DNA from: Candidatus Sulfomarinibacteraceae bacterium
GTDB lineage: Bacteria > Acidobacteriota > Thermoanaerobaculia > Thermoanaerobaculales > Sulfomarinibacteraceae
Direction of reading: 5' to 3'
DNA length: 64,000 nucleotides
Assembly (NCBI GenBank): GCA_963796455.1
Contig: CAWCLO010000004.1
Location: 384,001 to 448,000 of the forward strand
The notes below the pieces were generated by a model, which saw only the letters and a program-made list of their open reading frames with translations, had not been told where the DNA came from and did no database searches. Both the position numbers and the translations under genes were made by a program. Of this stretch, positions 51,901 through 62,751 are shown one piece after another (the stretch's first letter is position 1; every line of letters begins with the position of its first letter).

Positions 51901-54900
51901 CGACTTCGACGGTGACGGCATCTGCGGCGATGTCGATTTCTGCCCGTACGACGTGGACAACGATTACGACGGGGATTCCATCTGCGGGGACGAGGATAAT
52001 TGCCCGATAGACGCCAACGTCGACCAAGTGGACAGCGACGGCGATGGTATCGGCGACATCTGCGATAATGGCCCTCCCGTTGCGTTTGACCAAGGCGCCT
52101 CCACCGATGAGGACCTGCCGGTCGTCATCGCGCTCACGGGCGATGATCCGGACGGAGACCCGCTGGACTTTGTCGTGACCGCGGGGCCAGACAACGGCGA
52201 ACTCTCCGCTCTCGTGGTCACCGGTTCGCAAGCACAATTGACATACACACCGGATCCCGGCTATTACGGAAACGACGCCTTTCTCTATGTTGTCAACGAT
52301 GGTCAGGCCAACTCCGCCGAGGCCAGTGTCTCGATTTCAGTAACACGGGTGGTCGCCAACGATGTCGTTCTGCAAGGCCGTATCACGGATCGGGAAACGG
52401 GACAGCCGGTTGTTGGCGCCTCGATCAATCGGGGCGAGGCGATGACGGATTCCGGCGGGTACTACGAGTTAACCGGGGATCAGCTGAGTGGGGCCACGGG
52501 AAACCTCTTGGTCCAGGCCGATGGGTACTACGGGCGCAGGCTGTCATACAGCTTGGATCTCCCTCTGCCGAACACCCTGGATTTGGATCTAGCGCCTGGC
52601 GGTACGATCTTCCGGGGAGTCGTTCTCGACGCATTTACCGAAGAGCCCAGAGCGGGTGCACAAGTCTATTGCTCGTGTGCTTACAACCTGGGGAGCCGGC
52701 TATTTACGGATAGCAACGGATTTTTCGAATTCACGAGTTCTGATTTTGATGAGGGTTTGATCAGTTACTTGCACGATGGGCGACAGATCGGTTCGCTGGT
52801 CGTATCTGCAGATGGGTTTTTCTCCAGCCAATCCTATGTACTGGTTTCTCTGCCCCTGCCATTCACGGTTGATTCCTATCTGATCGCTCCACGGAACGAG
52901 GCGGTGTTGCGGGGTCGGATTACAGATCGGGAATCGGGACTGCCGGTAGCGGGTGCCTCAATCAACCGGGGCGCGACGGTGACGGATACCGACGGGAACT
53001 ACGAGTTGACCGGAGATCAGCTGGGTGGGGCCACGGGGACTCTTCTGGTCCATGCTGATGGCTACTATGGGCGCAGGCTGTCATACAGCGTGGATCTCCC
53101 TCTGCCGAACACCCTGGATTTGGATCTGGCGCCTGGCGGTGCGATCTTCCGGGGAGTCGTTCTCGACGCATTTACCGAAGAGCCCATAGCGGGTGCACAA
53201 GTCTATTGCTCGTGTGCTTACAACCTGGGGAGCCGGCTATTCACGGATAGCAACGGATTTTTCGAATTCACGAGTTCTGATTTTGATGAGGGTTTAATCA
53301 GTTACTTGTACGATGGGCGACAGATCGGTTCGCTGGTCGTATCTGCAGGTGGGTTTTTCTCCAGCCATTCCTATGTACTGGTTTCTCTGCCCCTGCCATT
53401 CACGGTTGAACCCTATCTGATCGCTCCACGGAACGAGGCGGTGTTGCGGGGTCGGATTACAAATCGGGAATCGGGACAGCCGGTAGCGGGTGCCTCAATC
53501 AACCGGGGCGCGACGGTGACGGATGCCGACGGGAACTACGAGTTGACCGGAGATCAGCTGAGTGGGGCCACGGGAACTCTTCTGGTCCAGGCTGATGGCT
53601 ACTATGGGCGCAGGTTGTCATACAGCTTGGATCTGCCTCTGCCGACCACCCTGGATTTGGATCTGGAGTCTGGCGGTACGATCTTCCGGGGAGTCGTTCT
53701 CGACGCATTTACCGAAGAGCCTATAGCGGGCGCACAAGTCTATTGCTCGTGTGCTCACAACCTGGGGAGCCGGCTATTCACGGATAGCAACGGATTTTTC
53801 GAATTCACGAGTTCTGATTTTGATGAGGGTTTAATCAGTTACTTGTACGATGGGCGACAGATCGGTTCGCTGGTCGTATCTGCAGACGGGTTTTTCTCCA
53901 GCCAATCCTATGTACTGGTTTCTCTGCCCCTACCGTTCGGGGTTGACTCCTATGTCGTCTGCCGCGAAAACTGTTTCACGAACTCCGACACCGATACGAT
54001 CCCCGACGAGATCGACAACTGCCCGACGGTCGACAACGAATTGCAATCCGACGTGGATGGGGACCATTTAGGCGACCTGTGCGACACGTGTCCAAACGAT
54101 CCGCTTGACGGCTGTGACGGGAGCGGTTCGGCGGCCGGAGAGATATCGCCGGAGGAACCATTCTCCCTTTCAACACCGGATGGCGGGCTGAGCATTAGCG
54201 CCCCACCAGATGCCGTGGGCGCGCACGACACTCTCGCGGTGACGAAGACCATCATGGATGATCCGGAGATCAACGTTTCGATTGGGCCTTCATCGGGCCT
54301 CGGAAATGCGCTTGCTGTTTACGACCTCGAACCCGATGGATTTGTGTTTGATAGCCCGATCACGATGAGATTGACGGCCGACGTGACGGAACTTGTAGCG
54401 GACCCGGATTCGGTCAGTCATGCACTGAAGGTAGAGAACCTCTTGAATACGCTTGACATCTACCTCTACTCGGATACGGATGAGGATGGATATGCCGATG
54501 CATTTGTTGGCCAGTACGCGAGTTGTAGTATCAAGGAGGAGGATGGTGGTGTTTTCATCGCAAGTTGTGGTACCGAAATCGACCATTTCTCCACATGGGC
54601 GCTGGTTACCCAACTCGATACCGATGGCGATGGTGTCCCCGACAACTTCTTCCCCGATTTCGACCTTTGCCCAGACACACCTGTTGAGACGGTAGTTTTC
54701 AACAACCTCACCGAATCGTTGATCGAAACAGAATCTGACGGGCTTGCGACACTCCAGTTGGAGGCTGAGGTTTTTGATCTCGAGGGATATGAAGCTGAGG
54801 AAGTTGAGACGGTTTTCACCGTGGTTGGAGCGTCGGATGGGGCGGAATTCAGATGTGTCGCCACGAGCGACTGGTACGGTGAGGTCACATGCGATCTGTC

Positions 54901-55411
54901 TGAGATTCCCCCCGATAATTATTGGTTGGCGATTGAAGGCCTCACCGGCTGTGCGGGCGGCATGCCAGGAGAGGGGATGGTGGTTGTCTACGACCCGGAC
55001 GGACCGAAATCGACCGGGGGCGGGTTTGTCTTGCCCGATGAAGGAAGCACGGAACCTGCCGGTGGCAGTGGCGACAAGGCGCACTTCAGCTTTGTCGTCA
55101 AACTCGACAAGAACCAGGTTGCGGTCGGCAATCTGAACTATCGATACCAGGCCGCGGGTCTCGATTTCACGAGTAAGGATCTGAACTGGTACACCGTCGG
55201 TGGTGACACGGCCTTTTTCGAAGGAACCTCAACGATTGACGGTTACGGTCTGTGTACCTATCGGGTTTCGACTGTCGATGGAGATCTTTTTGGTGGAAAT
55301 CCCGATGCCTTTGACATCACGGTCTGGTCTGGGACCGACACCGGCATTTCCCCGATTCATCGGGCGAAGAATGTGCTGGCTGGAGGGAGCGTGGTCATCC
55401 ACACAAAGTGA
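48903..55411 (+). CDS. Giant secreted/surface protein (~2170 aa): two YVTN propellers, YWTD propeller, TSP3-type Ca-binding repeats, cadherin-like domain, three 179 aa repeats and a C-terminal beta domain; +1 frameshifts near 48935 and 51400
   Basis: GAGGGG RBS before GTG 48903. AYVTN/TPDG blades, YWTD/IYWS blades and DxDGDG repeats. ORFs 48949-51699 and 51305-55411 join at GCAAACCCGG(G)AGCTT. Confidence 0.88.
51722..52065 (+). repeat. 60 bp (20 aa) thrombospondin type-3-like tandem repeats
   Basis: DSDGDGVADHWDACPADPDN / DLDGDGLCGDVDSCPFDPEN / DSDGDGICGDIDVCSFDPEN / DFDGDGICGDVDFCPYDVDN... Confidence 0.9.
52364..53955 (+). repeat. Three near-identical 537 bp in-frame tandem repeats
   Basis: Units start near 52364, 52901 and 53438; antisense ORFs recur at an exact 537 bp period (52425, 52962, 53499). 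Confidence 0.95.
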
Positions 55412-55427
55412 TTTTCGGAACGAACAA

Positions 55428-55455
55428 ACCTCCCGGGACGCCGGTCCCGGGAGGT
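55428..55455. terminator. Hairpin between convergent genes (probable terminator)
   Basis: ACCTCCCGGGAC-GCCG-GTCCCGGGAGGT, perfect 12 bp stem. Confidence 0.7.
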
Positions 55456-55477
55456 ATTGACAAGTGATCCGAATGAT

Positions 55478-58400
55478 CTACTTCTGCCAGACGCTGACAG
55501 GATAGGGCGGGCGCTCGTAGACCGGCGGCGGGTTGGCGGCTCGAGCTCTTCGAGGATGACCTCGATGGCCTTCTCGAGCTGGGGATCGTGGCCGGCGACG
55601 ACCTCGGCGGGGGTCTGTTCGACCTCGATGTCTGGTGGAACACCGACGTTCTCGACCACCCAACCGTCCTCGTCCCAGATGGCCACGTTGGGGGCGGTGA
55701 CATAACCTCCATCCATCAGGATAGGGAACCCGAGAGTTCCCACAAGCCCGCCCCAGGTGGCCTTTCCGACCAACGGGCCGAGCTTGAACTTGCGAAACAT
55801 ATAGGGCAACAGATCGCCGCCCGAGCCGGCGGTCTCGTCGATCAGCATGACCTTGGGGCCCTGGATCGAACCCTGGGGCGTTTTCATGTCGTGGCCGTCG
55901 CGCATGTTCCAGTGGCTGATATAGGGCCGCTGGAGGATGTTGATGTAGTAGTCGGCGATCTGGCCGCCGCCGTTGAAGCGTTCGTCGACGATGATGGCGT
56001 CCTTGTGAACCTGCGGGAAGAAGTACCGCTTGAAATAGGTGTGGCCGAGGCTGGTGGTGTTGGGAAGATAGATATAAGCAACGCGACCACCAGTGGCCTC
56101 ATCGACCTTTTTGATGTTGCCTTCGACCCAGTCCCGGTTGCGCAAGGCGTACTCGGTCTCGATGGGCACCACGTTCACCGTCCGTGAACCCTCCATCGAT
56201 GGGTTCGGGCCCACGGTGATCTCGACGATCTTGCCGGCGGTGTTCTCGAAGTGGCGGTAGAGATTGTCGGGCGACGCCAGTTCGGTTCCGTTGACGGCCA
56301 GCAGGTAGGCACCCGCGTCGACGCCCACTCCGGGCTCGGTCAGGGGCGAGGTCAGCTCGGGGTTCCAGTTGAGCCCGCCATAGACCTTGGTGATGCGATA
56401 GTGACCGTTCTCCACTTCGAAATCGGCGCCGAGCAGACCGCCGGGGATGTTGTCGGTGTCGAGAAGATTGTCGCCACCGCCGACCCGGTTGTGGCCCACC
56501 GACAGCTCGGAGCCCATCCATCGGAGCAGGCGGTTGAGATCGGTCCTGCAGGCGACATCGGGCAGGAAGGGTCGGTAGCGCTCTCCCATGGCTTCCCAGT
56601 CGGCGCCGTGAAAATTGGTGGCATAGAAATAGTCGCGGTAGATCCGCCAGGTCTCTTCGAAGATCTGCTCCCATTCGGCGGCGGGATCGATCCGGATCTG
56701 GACCGCCGCGACGTTGAGGGTGCCCTTTCCATTCTCGGGTTTTTTGCCGGCATCGGCGATTCCCCAGGTGGGACCGTTGCTGTAGAGGATCTTTTCGCCG
56801 TTCGATGAAACGACGAAACCATCGGCTTCAAAGAGTTCCTTTTCTTCCCGTTCCGCGAGGTCGAACATCATCAGTTTGGTACCGGGACTCGATGGTCCGC
56901 CGGCATCCACCGGGGCCTTGAGGTAGAAAATGGTGTCAGCCTTGCCCGCCTGCAGGTTGAAGTAATTGCCCGTCTCCACCGGGATGGCGAGGATGCGTTC
57001 GGCCATCCCGTCGAAGTCGATGGCCATCGGAGGGACTTCCTCATCCTTGCCGTCATCTTTCTTCGAATCGTCGTCTTCATCCTTTGCGTCGACATTTTCT
57101 TCGTCGCTCTGCTTGGCCAGCGGTGAGGGCGTGTCCTTGGCCAGGGTCACGAGGTAGAGGTTTCGACTCATCTCCATGTCGGCGTTCGACATCGCAAACC
57201 ACTGGCGCACCGGACCGGCGTCGGTGGAGCCTAAAACGTAAAGGTATTTGCCGCTGGCGTCGAAAGCGGGGTCGCCGACATCGCTCAAACCGTCGCCGAT
57301 TGCAGAGGCTTTGTCGGTATCCAGGGAGTAGAGATAGACCTGCTCCATATTTGTCATGTTGTTGACGGTGTAGGCGAGCCACCTCGAGTCGGGAGACCAG
57401 ACGGGGTTCATGTTGCCGAAGGGCCCTGGGTTATATACGGGCTCGCGGTCTATCTTCCTGATCTCGCCGGCCGAGAGCAGGATGACGTAAAGATTGCGTC
57501 CGTTGTCCTCGAAGGCAAGCTTCTTCGAATCGGGCGACCAGCTGAGACCGTTGTAATAACCGGTGCCGTTGAGAGCGTGGGTCGTGACCTCGCCCTTGCC
57601 GTCCTGTGGCACGATATGGAGCGCGTATTCGCCCGAGGCGTCGGAGAAGAAGGCAACGGATTTCCCATCGGGAGACCAGACCGCGTTGCGCTCGTTGGCG
57701 CCGGGGGTCTGGGTCAGGTTTCTCGGGTCGCCTTTTTCGGCCGGCACGGTGACGATCTCGCCCCGCATTTCAAAGACGGCTCGCGAGCCCGACGGAGAAA
57801 TGTGGGCGTTGCGGATCTCGTCGGATCCATCCACAAAGCGGGGGCGAAGTTCCTGGAGGTCTGCGGCCACTGCGATCTGCAAATCGCTGATTTCGCCGGT
57901 TGCGAGGTCAAAGGTGTGAATGGTCGCAGCCCGTTCGAAGACGATGGTGCCGTCACCGTGGGAGGCGTCGACGATGGGGAAGTCGGAATAGTGGGTCAGT
58001 TGTTCGATCTGCCGGCTGCCGGTGTCAAATGAAAAGAGATTGAACTCGCCGTTGCGGTCGGACAGAAAGTAGATGGTATCGCCGATCCACATGGGATCGG
58101 TGTCGTTGCTCCGGCCGTCGGGCTGCGGAATCTTCACCGCCTCGTGGTCAGAAAAGTCATAGACCCAGAGAGTCGACACCGTTCCGCCGCGATAGTTCTT
58201 CCACTGGCGGAATCGTTCACCGAGAGGCGTGTAGACGAGACGCTTTCCATCTGGAGAATAGGCCGCCTTGTTGGCGTTTGGGAGATCGAGTTGTTCGGGG
58301 ATCCCGCCCTCGACTGACACGGTGAAGAGCTGCGCATGACGATTGGTGAAAACGAATCGTCCGGACCGAAAGAGGACTGCAGACCCATCCGGCGTGAATG

Positions 58401-58752
58401 AGCAGACGGCGTCGGGGTAGGGGTGCCAGGTGAGGCGTTTCGGGATCCCGCCTTCCACCGGAACGATGTAGACATCGGTGTTGCCGTCGTATTGGGCGTT
58501 GAACGCCACCAAGCGGCCGTCGGGAGAGAAGACCGGGTCGGTCTCGAGGCCTTCGTCCGCGGTGAGCCGGCGCGCGTGTCGACCGTCGCGCTCAGCGACC
58601 CAGAGGTCATTGGCATAGACGAAAGCGATGTTTTCTGCGCTGATTGCCGGTTGGCTCAGGAACTTGGTGTTCGCGGTATCGATTGCAGATGCGTTCATGG
58701 CGGTCATGACCACTAGGATGACGAGGGTTGTGGCGGCAACTCGAGTGTTCAT
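55478..58752 (-). CDS. Tricorn protease homolog (S41 family), frameshift near 55540
   Basis: Beta-propellers, PDZ domain, DERFNGGG, AGSGGD (catalytic Ser), TWGGLVG, ENVGVPPDIEV and DPQLEKAI. The natural tail AANPPPVYERPPYP..K* lies in the shifted frame. Confidence 0.93.
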
Positions 58753-58789
58753 TCGTTTCTCCTTCGGCAAAAGATTCTACAGGGACCAC

Positions 58790-58814
58790 AAAAAAACCGC
58801 CCCGAAGGGCGGTT
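58790..58814 (-). terminator. Rho-independent terminator
   Basis: Minus strand reads AACCGCCC-TTCG-GGGCGGTT followed by a T tract. Confidence 0.88.
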
Positions 58815-58840
58815 CGCGCTCACCAGCCCGAGGGCTGGGA

Positions 58841-59851
58841 TTACTGAGACATCATCGGGAACGCTTCGGTGTCTCCCACCGAGGCGAACTCGCGGGAAGT
58901 GTTCGTGTAGATCTTTTCGGCGCCGGTCATGGTGTCGGTCACCGTCATGGTGAACTCGACGTTGGTCAGCGAGCCGTAGAAGATCCAGTAGTTGCCGTTG
59001 ATGGGTGTGCCGTCAAGGGCTTTCACGACGAGCTCCACATTGTCGTCATTGAAGAAGGTGAAGTAACCGGTGTCTTCGGTCAGATCGTTCTGGAAACCGA
59101 TGCCGGTGTTGTCATCGAAATCTGCCCACGAAACCTCGATCCGGAAGCGGTCGTCGTTCAGATACATGGTGCGGTCGGCAAAACCGTCCGCGGCGAGGCC
59201 GGATGCGTAGGCCGTAGCGACAGCTCCTTCCGGAAGCACGGTGCCGGGCAGGTAAAGCACTGCTGTTTCGGTGCCGGCGAGGCGGACCTCGAGGTCATAG
59301 GATCCGGCCGGTACTGGAAGGTAGGCCGAGAATTCCTGGAACTCGACATCGGAAATGAGAACCGGGCCGCCGGTCACGGCGATATCAACCGCCGGGGCGT
59401 CCGGAGAGGCGTGGACGAAGCGGACGTGCGCATTGCCGGCCGCCGGATCGCTGTTGTCGTCGACGAGCACGAGGGGAGCGATTTCGGCCAGGATGCCGGT
59501 GGCGAGAACGGTGTAGTCCGTCATCGCGGCGAGCGACAGATCGGCTTCAATGACAACCGGCTCGGTGGCACCCGTGGGGACGACCTGGACGTTGTAGTCG
59601 CCGGCCGGGAGAGGGATATAGCCGGTGAACTCGTTGTATTCGAGGTCCTCGATGGCTTTGGCGCCATTGACCCACACGTCCACGTTCGGGGCGTCAGGGG
59701 AGAGGTGGCCTACCCGGACTCGCGCGTCCCCCATGTTGGCGCTTTCGTTGTCTACAGTGATGACTGCACCCACCGGGGTGGCGGCCCCTGCCAGGCTGCC
59801 CACAGTCGCGATTCCAACGGTCAGGGCAAAGATCAACATTCTCTTCGACAT
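58841..59851 (-). CDS. DUF4397 domain secreted protein with an additional C-terminal domain
   Basis: Two repeats VRVGHLSPDAPNVDV / VRFVHASPDAPAVDI; C-terminal FTFFNDDNVELVVKALDG...DTEAF. Confidence 0.9.
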   Translation of the reverse strand: MSKRMLIFALTVGIATVGSLAGAATPVGAVITVDNESANMGDARVRVGHLSPDAPNVDVWVNGAKAIEDLEYNEFTGYIPLPAGDYNVQVVPTGATEPVVIEADLSLAAMTDYTVLATGILAEIAPLVLVDDNSDPAAGNAHVRFVHASPDAPAVDIAVTGGPVLISDVEFQEFSAYLPVPAGSYDLEVRLAGTETAVLYLPGTVLPEGAVATAYASGLAADGFADRTMYLNDDRFRIEVSWADFDDNTGIGFQNDLTEDTGYFTFFNDDNVELVVKALDGTPINGNYWIFYGSLTNVEFTMTVTDTMTGAEKIYTNTSREFASVGDTEAFPMMSQ

Positions 59852-60179
59852 TTTTTCCTCCTGTTGTGTGGCCTGTCGGGGCCGGTTTTTTTGTCGGACA
59901 TGAAGGCTAACGTCAAGGTTTTTTCTATTATTTCAAGTTTTTGTCGAAATCGTGGATGTTTTTAAAAAAAATATTTAAATGATTGTAAAAAATAGGGTTA
60001 GAATATTTCAATTCATTCAATCTACATTTTGGAAGAGGGTTAAATCTAGAAAAATCTATTTAAGTTTTCGTTCGCGGGGTGGCCGGTTCGGCTTACACCG
60101 GCACCGGGAGACATCGTGACCGGAGGGCGTGATATCGTATCGGGCATCAACAAACGGGTCGAAAAAGGAGGGGAAGAAT

Positions 60180-60620
60180 ATGAATGCAGGCGAGTCGCGT
60201 GTGAAAGCTCCGGTTCACCTTTGGATCATCGGTGTCATTGCTCTGTTGTGGAACGCAATGGGAGCATTCGATTATCTGGCCACGAAGCTTCAGCTCGAGT
60301 CGTATATGGGCCAGTTCACCGAAGAGCAACTGGCCTATTTCTACGGTTTTCCGGCGTGGGTGACCGCTTTCTGGGCCATTGCCGTCTGGGGGGCCCTCGC
60401 GGGTTCCGTCGGATTGCTCATGCGCAAAAAATGGAGCGTGTGGGCGTTTGCGGTCTCCACTACCGGCATGGTGATCACCGCGATCTACAACTTCGGCATG
60501 AGCAACGGTGCAGAAATCATGGGCGGGGAAGCGGTGGCCTTCTCGGCCGTTATCTGGATCATCGCCTTCTTCCTGCTTTGGTACTCCTGGTGGTTGGCGA
60601 AGAAGGGTGTTCTGACGTAA
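60180..60620 (+). CDS. Hypothetical four-TM membrane protein
   Basis: AGGAGG RBS; PVHLWIIGVIALLWNAMGAFDY...PAWVTAFWAIAVW. Confidence 0.85.
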   Translation: MNAGESRVKAPVHLWIIGVIALLWNAMGAFDYLATKLQLESYMGQFTEEQLAYFYGFPAWVTAFWAIAVWGALAGSVGLLMRKKWSVWAFAVSTTGMVITAIYNFGMSNGAEIMGGEAVAFSAVIWIIAFFLLWYSWWLAKKGVLT

Positions 60621-60668
60621 AACCGCGGCCTGGGGTGCTACTGCTCCCTTTCGTACGACTGCCGCAGG

Positions 60669-61382
60669 TCACGAAATGATCGGGACGGACGGATCCTCAT
60701 CGAGCCTCAGCTTGCCGTGGTCGGCAAAATGGCCGAGGACATCGAGGGCCAGTTTGACCGGCAGGACAAAAATCACAGCGATGGCCGCGGTGTTGAAAAA
60801 GCCGCCGATGATCGCGCCCACCAGTGCGGCGATCCACATCGGCATGGCGCGCAAAAAGGGTTTCCCCAATTGGGTTTCCCAACTGACCGTTTTGTACTCT
60901 TCGCCGCCGATGAAATTGAAATAGAACGACATTCCGTGGGTGAGAAAAAACAAGCCCGCGGGCACCAGATAGTTCCAGGGCGAGAAGTTCTGGTGCCAGA
61001 CGGTGCCCTGCATCTGGTCGTCGAGGAGTGCTCCGACCATGATTCCAAAGATATTCACGATCGACAGATACATCATCAGAAACATGGGAACGTAAGCCAG
61101 GGCGGCCCACCTGGCGATGGCAACGAGCTTCGGAATCGTCCAGAAACCAATGATCATCATCTGCATCCAATAGATCACCAGGATAGAACCGATCGGGTCA
61201 CCCCTGAAGAGCATGTCGATCACGGGATAAACGTTGGCAAAGACCAACATGACAGCCGTATAGTCACCACGAAACAGACCCGGAAGCCGGGTTGCGAAGT
61301 TCTTGAGATCCGCCCGGATCACGTCCCACCTCGGGCCTTTTTCGTTGTCCGAACGTCGCGCCGAGGAAGTCGGAGGCGTCAT
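60669..61382 (-). CDS. DUF6498-like membrane protein
   Basis: LVFANVYP...ILVIYW...HGMSF..NFIG..EY...VK..LD...H; start is uncertain. Confidence 0.7.
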   Translation of the reverse strand: MTPPTSSARRSDNEKGPRWDVIRADLKNFATRLPGLFRGDYTAVMLVFANVYPVIDMLFRGDPIGSILVIYWMQMMIIGFWTIPKLVAIARWAALAYVPMFLMMYLSIVNIFGIMVGALLDDQMQGTVWHQNFSPWNYLVPAGLFFLTHGMSFYFNFIGGEEYKTVSWETQLGKPFLRAMPMWIAALVGAIIGGFFNTAAIAVIFVLPVKLALDVLGHFADHGKLRLDEDPSVPIIS

Positions 61383-61628
61383 TTGTGATGCCTGATTCCA
61401 GGCAGCGTACCGTCGAACGGCCACCCGGCAGACAAGGTTCTTTTTTGGCGGTTCATCCATCTATCGTAGCAATCAGGAACCTATTTCAAAAAATACGGCA
61501 TTTGGAGCAGGCGTGGCGATGCCGAAGGGAACCGTGACCCGCTACAATCACTGAGACCTGATATCGAAAATCAATTCATTCACACCGGCGACCACACAAG
61601 TTGCCGCAGAAGAACGGGAGGTTCGGAG

Positions 61629-62738
61629 ATGGAGACTCGCGCCGCGGTGGCCTATGAGGCCGGAAAACCACTTGTCGTGGAGACGGTGAAACTGGACGGA
61701 CCGAGAGAGGGAGAGGTTTTGGTCGAGATCAAGGCGACCGGGATCTGCCACACCGACGAGTTCACGCGTTCGGGTGCCGATCCGGAGGGTTTGTTCCCAT
61801 CCATCCTCGGCCATGAAGGAGCAGGGGTGGTGGTGGACGCGGGACCGGGCGTTACCAGCGTTGCTGTCGGCGACCATGTGATTCCCCTCTATACGCCCGA
61901 ATGCCGGCAGTGCGACTACTGTCTGAGCGGCAAGACGAATCTCTGTCAGGCGATACGTGAGACTCAGGGGCGGGGCGTGATGCCCGATGGAAAAAGCCGA
62001 TTCAGTATCGGCGGTGAAACCATTTACCACTACATGGGCACCTCGACCTTTGCAAACCATATCGTTGTGCCGGAGATCGCAGTTGCCAAGGTGAGAAAAG
62101 ATGCTCCCTTCGACAAGATCTGCTATATCGGCTGCGGAGTGACAACCGGGATCGGAGCCGTGATCAATACAGCCAAAGTGGAGCCGGGCGCCAATTGCGT
62201 CGTCTTCGGTCTCGGCGGGATCGGGCTCAATGTGATCCAGGGTCTGCGCCTGGTCGGGGCCGACATCATCGTCGGGGTGGACATCAACCCGTCGAGAAAG
62301 GTGCTGGCCGAACAATTCGGCATGACGCACTTCGTCAACCCGACCGAGGTCGCCGGCGACCTCGTAGCGCACCTGGTCGAGCTGACTCGCGGCGGCGCCG
62401 ATTATTCGTTTGAATGCATCGGCAACGTGGAAGTCATGCGACAGGCGCTCGAGTGCTGCCACAAGGGGTGGGGCGAGAGCGTCATCATCGGGGTTGCCGG
62501 AGCCGGCCAGGAAATCTCCACCCGTCCGTTTCAGCTGGTCACTGGGCGGGTCTGGAGGGGCACGGCATTTGGCGGCGCCAGGGGCCGCACCGATGTGCCC
62601 CGAATCGTCGACTGGTACATGGACGGAAAAATCAACATCGACGATCTCATCACCCACACGATGCCGCTGGATGAGATCAATACCGCTTTTGACCTGATGC
62701 ACGCCGGAACTTCGATTCGAAGCGTCGTGTTGTTCTGA
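61629..62738 (+). CDS. frmA: S-(hydroxymethyl)glutathione dehydrogenase / class III alcohol dehydrogenase
   Basis: GICHTD, GHEGAG, CRQCDYCLSGKTNLC, GLGGIG and RPFQLVTGRVWRG motifs. Confidence 0.97.
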   Translation: METRAAVAYEAGKPLVVETVKLDGPREGEVLVEIKATGICHTDEFTRSGADPEGLFPSILGHEGAGVVVDAGPGVTSVAVGDHVIPLYTPECRQCDYCLSGKTNLCQAIRETQGRGVMPDGKSRFSIGGETIYHYMGTSTFANHIVVPEIAVAKVRKDAPFDKICYIGCGVTTGIGAVINTAKVEPGANCVVFGLGGIGLNVIQGLRLVGADIIVGVDINPSRKVLAEQFGMTHFVNPTEVAGDLVAHLVELTRGGADYSFECIGNVEVMRQALECCHKGWGESVIIGVAGAGQEISTRPFQLVTGRVWRGTAFGGARGRTDVPRIVDWYMDGKINIDDLITHTMPLDEINTAFDLMHAGTSIRSVVLF

Positions 62739-62751
62739 GAGTGGGGGAGTC

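Noticed and set aside
51722..52065. CRISPR-like 60 bp periodicity
   Set aside because: The repeats are degenerate at third codon positions and encode TSP3-type motifs. There are no identical repeats with unique spacers and no cas genes.
52364..53955. Diversity-generating retroelement template/variable repeat pair
   Set aside because: Several differences involve adenines but others do not (G/T, T/G, T/C). All copies are in-frame coding and there is no reverse transcriptase in the window.
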